This document shows, piece after piece, positions 11,801 to 24,308 of a stretch of DNA of 64,000 nucleotides. Position numbers and translations under genes: made by a program. This stretch comes from the human T2T-CHM13v2.0 reference genome, Homo sapiens. The stretch is taken from NCBI RefSeq assembly GCF_009914755.1, contig NC_060946.1; one strand, 5' to 3'. Numbering within the stretch: the stretch's first letter is position 1; every line of letters begins with the position of its first letter. The notes under the pieces are model-generated. The model did not search any database. It saw only the letters and a program-made list of their open reading frames with translations, and was not told the DNA's origin.

Positions 11801-14800
11801 TGATGCAACTCTTGCCTAGGCTTTGCCTACAGGGGACATTGTGACATATCTCTTCAATGATCACTCATGTGATGCATCTCTTGCCTAGGCTTTGCCTACA
11901 GGGGACATTGTGACATATCTCTGCACTGATCTCCCAGGTGCTGTAACTTTAGTCTAGGCTCTGGCTACACGGCATTGTGACATATCACTGCACTGATCAA
12001 CCAGGTGCTATAACTATTGTATAGGCTCTGCCTACAGGGGGATTGTGACCTACCTCTGCACTGATCACCCAGGTGATATAACTCTTCTCTAGGATCTTCC
12101 TACAGGGTACTTTGTGACATATCCCTGCACTGATCACCCAGGTGATCTATCTCTGGTCTAAGCTCTGCCTAAAGGGGCATTGTGACAGATCTCTGCACTG
12201 ATCACTCAGGTGATGTAAGTATTGTCTAGGCTCTGCTTCAAGGGGCCTTGTCACATATCTCTGCACTGATCACCCAGGTGATGTAACTCTTGTCTAGGCT
12301 CTGCTTCCAGGGCATATTGTGACATATCTATGCACTGATCACCTTAGTGATGTAACACTTTGATAGGCTCGGCATACAGGGGAATCTTGACATATCTCTG
12401 CACTGTTAACCGAGGTGATTTAACTCTTGTCTAGGCTGTGCCCACAGGGGGATTGAGACATATCTCTGCACTAATCCCGAGGTGATACAATTCTTGCCTG
12501 GTCTCTGCCTACTGTGGACCTTGTGACATATCTCTGCACTGATCTCCCAGGTGCTGTAACTTTAGTCTAGGCTCTGGCTACACGGCATTGTGACATATCA
12601 CTGCACTGATCACCCAGGCGATATAACTCTTCTCTAGGATCTGACCACAGGGTGCTTTGTGACATATCCCTGCAATGATCACCCAGGTGATATACCACTT
12701 GCCAAGGCTCTGCCTACAGGGGCATTGCAATGTGTCTCTGCACTGATCACCTAGGTCTTGTAGCTATTTTCTAGGATCTGCCTACAGGGTGCTTTGTGAC
12801 GTGTCCCAGCAAGGATTACCCAGGTGATGTACCTCTCATCAAGGCTCTGCCTACAGGCACATTGTGATGTATCTCTGCACTGATCACCTAGGTCATGTAA
12901 ATTTTGTCTAGGCTCTACCTACGATGGCATTGTGACATATCTCTGCACTAATCATCCAAGTGATGTAACTCTTGTCTAGGATGTGCCTAAATTAACTTTT
13001 TGACATAACCCTGTACTGATCATCCAGGTGATGGAGCTTTTGTCTAGGCTCTGCCTAAGGGGGCATTGTGACATATTTCTGCATTGATCCCCCAGGTGGC
13101 GAACTCTTCTCTCGGATCTGCCTATGGGGGCATTGTGAGAAATCTCTGCACTGATCACCCAGGTGATGTAACTGTTGTGTAACCTCTGCCTACAGGGGAA
13201 TTATGAGAGATCTCGCCACTGATTACCCAAGTGATGTAACCGTTGTCTAGGCTTTGCGTACAGGGGGCTTTGTGACATACCTTTGCACTGATCACCCAGG
13301 TGATGTAACACATCGAAGTTCGGCCTAAAGGAGCTTTGTGACATATCTCTGCACTGATCGCTTAGGTGATGTAACACTTTTATAATCACTGCCTACAGGG
13401 AATTTTGACAAATCTCTGCACTGATCACCTAGGTGATGTAACTCTTGTCTACCCTCTGTCCAACGGGGCATTGTGAAATATCTCTGCACTGATCACCCAG
13501 GTGATTCAACTCTTGACTAGGAACTGCCTACAGAGGTTATTGTGAAATATCTCTGCACTGGTAAACTAGGTGCTGTAACCCTTGTCCAAGCTCTGCCTAC
13601 AGGGGCGTTTCCACATATCCCTGAACTGATGACAGAGGTGATGTAACTCTTGCCTAGGCTTTGCCTACAGGGAACATTGGACATATATCTGCACTGATCA
13701 CCCAGGTGATGCAACTCTTGCCTAGGCTTTGCCTACAGAGGACATTGTGACATTTCTCTTCAATGATCACTCATGTGATGCATCTCTTGCCTAGGCTTTG
13801 CCTACAGGGGACATTGTGACATATCTCTGCACTGATCTCCCAGGTGCTGTAACTTTAGTCTAGGCTCTGGCTACACGTCATTGTGACATATCACTGCACT
13901 GATCAACCAGGTGATAAAACTCTTGTATAGGCTCTGCCTACAGGGGGATTGTGACCTACCTCTGCACTGATCACCCAGGTGATATAACTCTTCTCTAGGA
14001 TCTTCCTACAGGGTACTTTGTGACATATCCCTGCACTGATCACCCAGGTGATCTATCTCTGGTCTAAGCTCTGCCTAAAGGGGCATTGTGACAGATCTCT
14101 GCACTGATCACTCAGGTGATGTAAGTATTGTCTAGGCTCTGCTTCAAGGGGCCTTGTCACATATCTCTGCACTGATCACCCAGGTGATGTAACTCTTGTC
14201 TAGGCTCTGCTTCCAGGGCATATTGTGACATATCTATGCACTGATCACCTTAGTGATGTAACACTTTGGTAGGCTCGGCCTACAGGGGAATCTTGACATA
14301 TCTCTGCACTGTTAACCGAGGTGATTTAACTCTTGTCTAGGCTGTGCCCACAGGGGGATTGAGACATATCTCTGCACTGATCCCGAGGTGATACAACTCT
14401 TGCCGGGTCTCTGCCTACTGTGGACATTGTGACATATCTCTGCACTGATCTCCGAGGTGCTGTAACTTTATTCTAGGCTCTGGCTACACGGCATTGTGAC
14501 ATATCACTGCACTGATCACCCAGGCGATATAACTCTTCTCTAGGATCTGACCACAGGGTGCTTTGTGACATATTCCTGCAATGATCACCCAGGTGATATA
14601 CCACATGCCAAGGCTTTGCCTACAGAGGCATTGCAATGTATCTCTGCACTGATCACCTAGGTCTTGTAGCTATTTTGTAGGATCTGCCTACAGGGTGCTT
14701 TGTGACGTGTCCCAGCAAGGATTACCCAGGTGATGTACCTCTCATCAAGGCTCTGCCTACAGGCACATTGTGATGTAAGTCTGCACTGATCACCTAGGTC

Positions 14801-17800
14801 ATGTAAATTTTGTCTAGGCTCTACCTACGATGGCATTGTGACATATCTCTGCACTAATCATCCAAGTGATGTAACTCTTGTCTAGGATGTGCCTAAATTA
14901 ACTTTTTGACATAACCATGTACTGATCATCCAGGTGATGGAGCTTTTGTCTAGGCTCTGCCTAAGGGGGCATTGTGACATATTTCTGCATTGATCCCCCA
15001 GGTGGCGAACTCTTCTCTCGGATCTGCCTATGGGGGCATTGTGAGAAATCTCTGCACTGATCACCCAGGTGATGTAACTGTTGTGTAACCTCTGCCTACA
15101 GGGGAATTGTGAGAGATCTCGCCACAGATTACTCAAGTGATGTAACCGTTGTCTAGGCTTTGCGTACAGGGGGCTTTTTGACATACCTTTGCACTGATCA
15201 CCCAGGTGATGTAACACATCTAAGTTCGGCCTAAAGGAGCTTTGTGAAATATCTCTGCACTGATCGCTTAGGTGATGTAACACTTTTATAATCACTGCCT
15301 ACAGGGAATTTTGACAAATCTCTGCACTGATCACCTAGGTGATGTAACTCTTGTCTACCCTCTGTCCAACGGGGCATTGTGAAATATCTCTGCACTGATC
15401 ACCCAGGTGATTCAACTCTTGACTAGGAACTGCCTACAGAGGTTATTGTGAAATATCTCTGCACTGATAATCTAGGTGGTGTAACCCTTGTCCAAGCTCT
15501 GCCTACAGGGGCGTTTCCACATATCCCTGAACTGATGACAGAGGTGATGTAACTCTTGCCTAGGCTTTGCCTACAGGGAACATTGGACATATATCTGCAC
15601 TGATCACCCAGGTGATGCAACTCTTGCCTAGGCTTTGCCTACAGGGGACATTGTGACATATCTCTTCAATGATCACTCATGTGATGCATCTCTTGCCTAG
15701 GCTTTGCCTACAGGGGACATTGTGACATATCTCTGCACTGATCTCCCAGGTGCTGTAACTTTAGTCTAGGCTCTGGCTACACGGCATTGTGACATATCAC
15801 TGCACTGATCAACCAGGTGCTATAACTATTGTATAGGCTCTGCCTACAGGGGGATTGTGACCTACCTCTGCACTGATCACCCAGGTGATATAACTCTTCT
15901 CTAGGATCTTCCTACAGGGTACTTTGTGACATATCCCTGCACTGATCACCCAGGTGATCTATCTCTGGTCTAAGCTCTGCCTAAAGGGGCATTGTGACAG
16001 ATCTCTGCACTGATCACTCAGGTGATGTAAGTATTGTCTAGGCTCTGCTTCAAGGGGCCTTGTCACATATCTCTGCACTGATCACCCAGGTGATGTAACT
16101 CTTGTCTAGGCTCTGCTTGCAGGGCATATTGTGACATATCTATGCACTGATCACCTTAGTGATGTAACACTTTGATAGGCTCGGCATACAGGGGAATCTT
16201 GACATATCTCTGCACTGTTAACCGAGGTGATTTAACTCTTGTCTAGGCTGTGCCCACAGGGGGATTGAGACATATCTCTGCACTAATCCCGAGGTGATAC
16301 AATTCTTGCCTGGTCTCTGCCTACTGTGGACCTTGTGACATATCTCTGCACTGATCTCCCAGGTGCTGTAACTTTAGTCTAGGCTCTGGCTACACGGCAT
16401 TGTGACATATCACTGCACTGATCACCCAGGCGATATAACTCTTCTCTAGGATCTGACCACAGGGTGCTTTGTGACATATCCCTGCAATGATCACCCAGGT
16501 GATATACCACTTGCCAAGGCTCTGCCTACAGGGGCATTGCAATGTGTCTCTGCACTGATCACCTAGGTCTTGTAGCTATTTTCTAGGATCTGCCTACAGG
16601 GTGCTTTGTGACGTGTCCCAGCAAGGATTACCCAGGTGATGTACCTCTCATCAAGGCTCTGCCTACAGGCACATTGTGATGTATCTCTGCACTGATCACC
16701 TAGGTCATGTAAATTTTGTCTAGGCTCTACCTACGATGGCATTGTGACATATCTCTGCACTAATCATCCAAGTGATGTAACTCTTGTCTAGGATGTGCCT
16801 AAATTAACTTTTTGACATAACCCTGTACTGATCATCCAGGTGATGGAGCTTTTGTCTAGGCTCTGCCTAAGGGGGCATTGTGACATATTTCTGCATTGAT
16901 CCCCCAGGTGGCGAACTCTTCTCTCGGATCTGCCTATGGGGGCATTGTGAGAAATCTCTGCACTGATCACCCAGGTGATGTAACTGTTGTGTAACCTCTG
17001 CCTACAGGGGAATTGTGAGAGATCTCGCCACTGATTACCCAAGTGATGTAACCGTTGTCTAGGCTTTGCGTACAGGGGGCTTTGTGACATACCTTTGCAC
17101 TGATCACCCAGGTGATGTAACACATCTAAGTTCGGCCTAAAGGAGCTTTGTGACATATCTCTGCACTGATCGCTTAGGTGATGTAACACTTTTATAATCA
17201 CTGCCTACAAGGAATTTTGACAAATCTCTGCACTGATCACCTAGGTGATGTAACCCTTGTCTACCCTCTGTCCAACGGGGCATTGTGAAATATCTCTGCA
17301 CAGATCACCCAGGTGATTCAACTCTTGACTAGGAACTGCCTACAGAGGTTATTGTGAAATATCTCTGCACTGATAAACTAGGTGGTGTAACCCTTGTCCA
17401 AGCTCTGCCTACAGGGGCGTTTCCACATATCCCTGAACAGATGACAGTGGTGATGTAACTCTTGCCTAGGCTTTGCCTACAGGGAACATTGGACATATAT
17501 CTGCACTGATCACCGAGGTGATGCAACTCTTGCCTAGGCTTTGCCTACAGGGGACATTGTGACATATCTCTACAATGATCACTCATGTGATGCATCTCTT
17601 GCCTAGGCTTTGCCTACAGGGGACATTGTGACATATCTCTGCACTGATCTCCCAGGTGCTGTAACTTTAGTCTAGGCTCTGGCTACACGGCATTGTGACA
17701 TATCACTGCACTGATCAACCAGGTGATATAACTCTTGTATAGGCTCTGCCTACAGGGGGATAGTGACCTACCTCTGCACTGATCACCCAGGTGATATAAC

Positions 17801-20800
17801 TCTTCTCTAGGATCTTCCTACAGGGTACTTTGTGACATATCCCTGCACTGATCACCCAGGTGATCTATCTCTGGTCTAAGCTCTGCCTAAAGGGGCATTG
17901 TGACAGATCTCTGCACTGATCACTCAGGTGATGTTAGTATTGTCTAGGCTCTGCTTCAAGGGGCCTTGTCACATATCTCTGCACTGATCACCCAGGTGAT
18001 GTAACTCTTGTCTAGGCTCTGCTTCCAGGGCATATTGTGACATATCTATGCACTGATCACCTTAGTGATGTAACACTTTGGTAGGCTCGGCCTACAGGGG
18101 AATCTTGACATATCTCTGCACTGTCAACCGAGGTGATTTAACTCTTGTCTAGGCTGTGCCCACAGGGGGATTGAGACATCTCTCTGCACTGATCCCGAGG
18201 TGATACAACTCTTGCCTGGTGTCTGCCTACGGTGGACATTGTGACATATCTCTGCACTGATCTCCCAGGTGCTGTAACTTTAGTCTAGGCTCTGGCTACA
18301 CGGCATTGTGACATATCACTGCACTGATCATCCAGGTGATATAACTGTTCTCTAGGATCTGACCACAGGGTGCTTTGTGACATATCCCTGCAATGATCAC
18401 CCAGGTGATATACCACTTGCCAAGGCTCTGCCTACAGGAGCATTGCAATGTATCTCTGCACTGATCACTTAGGTCTTGTAGCTATTTTCTAGGATCTGCC
18501 TACAGGGTGCTTTGTGACGTGTCCCAGCAAGGATTACCCAGGTGATGTACCTCTCATCAAGGCTCTGCCTACAGGCACATTGTGATGTATCTCTGCACTG
18601 ATCACCTAGCTCATGTAAATTTTGTCTAGGCTCTACCTACGATGGCATTGTGACATATCTCTGCACTAATCATCCAAGTGATGTAACTCTTGTCTAGGAT
18701 GTGCCTAAATTAACTTTTTGACATAACCCTGTACTGATCATCCAGGTGATGGAGCTTTTGTCTAGGCTCTGCCTAAGGGGGCTTTGTGACATATTTCTGC
18801 ATTGATCCCCCAGGTGGCGAACTCTTCTCTCGGATCTGCCTATGGGGGCATTGTGAGAAATCTCTGCACTGATCACCCAGGTGATGTAACTGTTGTGTAA
18901 CCTCTGCCTACAGGGGAATTGTGAGAGATCTCGCCACTGATTACCCAAGTGATGTAACCGTTGTCTAGGCTTTGCGTACAGGGGGCTTTGTGACATACCT
19001 TTGCACTGATCACCCAGGTGATGTAACACATCTAAGTTCGGCCTAAAGGAGCTTTGTGACATATCTCTGCACTGATCGCTTAGGTGATGTAACACTTTTA
19101 TAATCACTGCCTACAGGGAATTTTGACAAATCTCTGCACTGATCACCTAGGTGATGTAACTCTTGTCTGCCCTCTCTCCAACGGGGCATTGTGAAATATC
19201 TCTGCACTGATCACCCAGGTGATTCAACTCTTGACTAGGAACTGCCTACAGAGGTTATTGTGAAATATCTCTGCACTGATAAACTAGGTGGTGTAACCCT
19301 TGTCCAAGCTCTGCCTACAGGGGCGTTTCCACATATCCCTGAACTGATGACAGAGGTGATGTAACTCTTGCCTAGGCTTTGCCTACAGGGAACATTGGAC
19401 ATATAACTGCACTGATCACCCAGGTGATGTAACTCTTGCCTAGGCTTTGCCTACAGGGGACATTGTGACATATCCCTTCAATGATCACTCATGTGATGCA
19501 TCTCTTGCCTAGGCTTTGCTCCAGGGGACATTGTGACATATCTCTGCACTGATCTCCCAGGTGCTGTAACTTTAGTCTAGGCTCTGGCTACACGGCATTG
19601 TGACATATCACTGCACTGATCAACCAGGTTATATATCTCTTGTATAGGCTCTGCCTACAGAGGGATTGTGACCTACATCTGCACTGATCACCCAGGTGAT
19701 ATAACTCTTCTCTAGGATCTTCATACAGGTTACTTTGTGACCTATCCCTGCACTGATCACCCAGGTGATCTATCTCTGGTCTAAGCTCTGCCTAAAGGGG
19801 CATTGTGACAGATCTCTGCACTGATCACTCAGGTGATGTAAGTATTGTCTAGGCTCTGCTTCAAGGGGCCTTGTCACATATCTCTGCACTGATCACCCAG
19901 GTGATGTAACTCCTGTCTAGGCTCTGCTTCCAGGGCATATTGTGACATATCTATGCACTGATCACCTTAGCGATGTAACACTTTGGTAGGCTCGGCCTAC
20001 AGGGGAATCTTGACATATCTCTGCACTGTTAACCGAGGTGATTTAACTCTTGTCTAGGCTGTGCCCACAGGGGGATTGAGACATATCTCTGCACTGATCC
20101 CGAGGTGATACAACTCTTGCCTGGTCTCTGCCTACTGTGGACATTGTGACATATCTCTGCACTGATCTCCCAGGTGCTGTAACTTTAGTCTAGGCTCTGG
20201 CTACACGGCATTGTGACATATCACTGCACTGATCACCCAGGCGATATAACTCTTCTCTAGGATCTGACCACAGGGTGCTTTGTGACATATCCCTGCAATG
20301 ATCACCCAGGTGATATACCACTTGCCAAGGCTCTGCCTACAGGGGCATTGCAATGTATCTCTGCACTGATCACCTAGGTCTTGTAGCTATTTTCTAGGAT
20401 CTGCCTGCAGGGTGCTTTGTGACGTGTCCCAGCAAGGATTACCCAGGTGATGTACCTCTCATCAAGGCTCTGCCTACAGGCACATTGTGATATATCTCTG
20501 CACTGATCACCTAGGTCATGTAACTTTTTTCTAGGCTCTACCTACGATGGCATTGTGACATATCTCTGCACTAATCATCCAAGTGATGTAACTCTTGTCT
20601 AGGATGTACCCAAATTAACTTTTTGACATAAACCTGTACTGATCATCCAGGTGATGGAACTTTTGTCTAGGCTCTGCCTAAGGGGGCATTGTGACATATT
20701 TCTGCATTGATCACCCAGGTGGCGAACTCTTCTCTCGGATCTGCCTATGGGGGCAATGTGAGAAATCTCTGCACTGATCACCCAGGTGATGTAACTGTTG

Positions 20801-21109
20801 TGTAACCTCTGCCTACAGGGGAATTGTGAGAGATCTCGCCACTGATTACCCAAGTGATGTAACCGTTGTCTAGGCTTTGCGTACAGGGGGCTTTGTGACA
20901 TACATTTGCACTGATCACCCAGGTGATGTAACACATCTAAGTTCGGCCTAAAGGAGCTTTGTGACATATCTCTGCACTGATCGCTTAGGTGATGTAACAC
21001 TTTTATAATCACTGCCTACAGGGAATTTTGACAAATCTCTGCACTGATCACCTAGGTGATGTAACTCTTGTCTACCCTCTGTCCAACGGGGCATTGTGAA
21101 ATATCTCTG
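5863..21109 (-). repeat. Eight canonical 28-mer HOR units
   Basis: Marker at 5893, 7799, 9705, 11611, 13517, 15423, 17329, 19235 and 21140, with spacing 1906 (last interval 1905). Confidence 0.93.
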
Positions 21110-22402
21110 CACTGAACACCCAGGTGATTCAACTCTTGACTAGGAGCTGCCTACAGAGGTTATTGTGAAATATCTCTGCACTGATAAACTAGGTGGTGTA
21201 ACCCTTGTCCAAACTCTGCCTACAGGGGCGTTTCCACATATCCCTGAACTGATGACAGAGGTGATGTAACTCTTGCCTAGGCTTTGCCTACAGGGAACAT
21301 TGGACATATATCTGCACTGATCACCCAGGTGATGCAACTCTTGCCTAGGCTTTGCCTACAGGGGACATTGTGACATATCTCTTCAATGATCACTCATGTG
21401 ATGCATCTCTTGCCTAGGCTTTGCCTCCAGGGGACATTGTGACATATCTCTGCACTGATCTCCCAGGTGCTGTAACTTTAGTTTAGGCTCTGGCTACACG
21501 GCATTGTGACATATCACTGCACTGATCACCCAGGCGATATAACTCTTCTCTAGGATCTGACCACAGGGTGCTTTGTGACATATCCCTGCAATTATCACCC
21601 AGGTGATATACCACTTGCCAAGGCTCTGCCTGCAGGGGCATTGCAATGTATCTCTGCACTGATCACCTAGGTCTTGTATCTATTTTCTAGGATCTGCCTA
21701 CAGGGTGCTTTGTGACGTGTCCCAGCAAGGATTACCCAGGTGATGTACCTCTCATCAAGGCTCTGCCTACAGGCACATTGTGATGTATCTCTCCACTGAT
21801 CACCTAGGTCATGTAACTTTTTTCTACGCTCTACCTACGATGGCATTGTGACATATCTCTGCACTAATCATCCAAGTGATGTAACACTTGTCTAGGATGT
21901 GCCTAAATTAACTTTTTGACATAACCCTGTACTGATCATCCAGGTGATGGAGCTTTTGTCTAGGCTCTGCCTAAGGGGGCATTGTGACATATTTCTGCAT
22001 TGATCCCCCAGGTGGATAACTCTGCTCTCGGATCTGCCTATGGGGGCATTGTGAGAAATCTCTGCACTGATCACCCAGGTGATGTAACTGTTGTGTAACC
22101 TCTGCCTACAGGGGAATTGTGAGAGATGTCGTCACTGATTACCCAAGTGATGTAATCGTTGTCTAGGCTTTGCGTACAGGGGGCTTTGTGACATACCTTT
22201 GCACTGATCACCCAGGTGATGTAACACATCTAAGTTCGGCCTAAAGGAGCTTTGTGACATATCTCTGCACTGATCGCTTAGGTGATGTAACAGTTTTATA
22301 ATCACTGCCTACAGGGAATTTTGACAAATCTCTGCACTGATAACCTAGGTGATGTAATTCTTGTCTACCCTCTGTCCAACGGGACATTGTGAAATATCTC
22401 TG
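21110..22402 (-). repeat. 19-mer HOR variant (1293 bp; 9 monomers / 613 bp missing)
   Basis: Marker spacing 21140-22433 is 1293. The m6/m15 monomer at 21453-21519 is followed directly by m16 (cactgatcacccaggcgatata). Confidence 0.93.
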
Positions 22403-24308
22403 CACTGATCACCCAGGTGATTCAACTCTTGACTAGGAACTGCCTACAGAGGTTATTGTGAAATATCTCTGCACTGATAAACTAGGTGGTGTAACCCTTG
22501 TCCAAGCACTGCCTACAGGGGCGTTTCCACATATCCCTGAACTGATGACAGAGGTGATGTAACTCTTGCCTAGGCTTTGCCCACAGGGAACATTGAACAT
22601 ATATCTGCACTGATCACCCAGGTGATGCAACTCTTGCCTAGGCTTTGCCTACAGGGGACATTGTGACATATTTCTTCAATGATCACTCATGTGATGCATC
22701 TCTTGCCTAGGCTTTGCCTACAGGGGACATTGTGACATATCTCTGCACTGATCTCCCAGGTGCTGTAACTTTAGTCTAGGCTCTGGCTACACGGCATTGT
22801 GACATATCACTGCACTGATCAACCAGGTGATATAACTCTTGTATAGGCTCTGCCTACAGGGGGATTGTGACCTACCTCTGCACTGATCACCCAGGTGATA
22901 TAACTCTTCTCTAGGATCTTCCTACAGGGTACTTTGTGACATATCACTGCACTGATCACCCAGGTGATCTATCTCTGGTCTAAGCTCTGCTTAAAGGGGC
23001 ATTGTGACAGATCTCTGCACTGATCACTCAGGTGATGTAAGTATTGTCTAGGCTCTGCTTCAAGGGGCCTTGTCACATATCTCTGCACTGATCACCCAGG
23101 TGATGTAACTCTTGTCCAGGCTCTGCTTCCAGGGCATATTGTGACATATCTATGCACTGATCACCTTAGTGATGTAACACTTTGGTAGGCTCGGCCTACA
23201 GGGGAATCTTGACATATCTCTGCACTGTTAACCGAGGTGATTTAACTCTTGTCTAGGCTGTGCCCACAGGGGGATTGAGACATATCTCTGCACTGATCCC
23301 GAGGTGATACAACTCTTGCCTGATCTCTGCCTACTGTGGACATTGTGACATATCTCTGCACTGATCTCCCAGGTGCTGTAACTTTAGTCTAGGCTCTGGC
23401 TACACGGCATTGTGACATATCACTGCACTGATCACCCAGGCGATATAACTCTTCTCTAGGATCTGACCACAGGGTGCTTTGTGACATATCCCTGCAATGA
23501 TCACCCAGGTGATATACCACTTGCCAAGGCTCTGCCTACAGGGGCATTGCAATGTATCTCTGCACTGATCACCTAGGTCTTGTAGCTCTTTTCTAGGATC
23601 TGCCTACAGGGTGCTTTGTGACGTGTCCCAGCAAGGATTACCCAGGTGATGTACCTCTCATCAAGGCTCTGCCTACAGGCACATTGTGATGTATCTCTGC
23701 ACTGATCACCTAGGTCATGTAACTTTTTTCTAGGCTCTACCTACGATGGCATTGTGACATATCTCTGCAATAATCATCCAAGTGATGTAACTCTTGTCTA
23801 GGATGTGCCTAAATTAACTTTTTGACATAACCCTGTACTGATCATCCAGGTGATGGAGCTTTTGTCTAGGCTCTGCCTAAGGGAGCATTGTGACATATTT
23901 CTGCATTGATCACCCTGGTGGCGAATTCTTCTCTCGGATCTGCCTATGGGGCCATTGTGAGAAATCTCTGCACTGATCACCCAGGTGATGTAACTGTTGT
24001 GTAACCTCTGCCTACAGGGGAATTGTGAGAGATCTCTTCACTGATTATCCAAGTGATGTAACCGTTGTCTAGGCTTTGCGCACAAGGGGCTTTGTGACAT
24101 ACCTTTGCACTGATCACTCAGGTGATGTAACACATCTAAGTTCGGCCTAAAGGAGCTTTGTGACATATCTCTGCACTGATCACTTAGGTGATGTAACACT
24201 TTTATAATCACTGCCTACAGGGAATTTTGACAAATCTCTGCCCTGATCACCTAGGTGATGTAACTCTTGACTACCCTCTGTCCAACGGGGCATTGTGAAA
24301 TATCTCTG
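22403..24308 (-). repeat. One canonical 28-mer HOR unit
   Basis: Marker spacing 22433-24339 is 1906. Confidence 0.92.
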
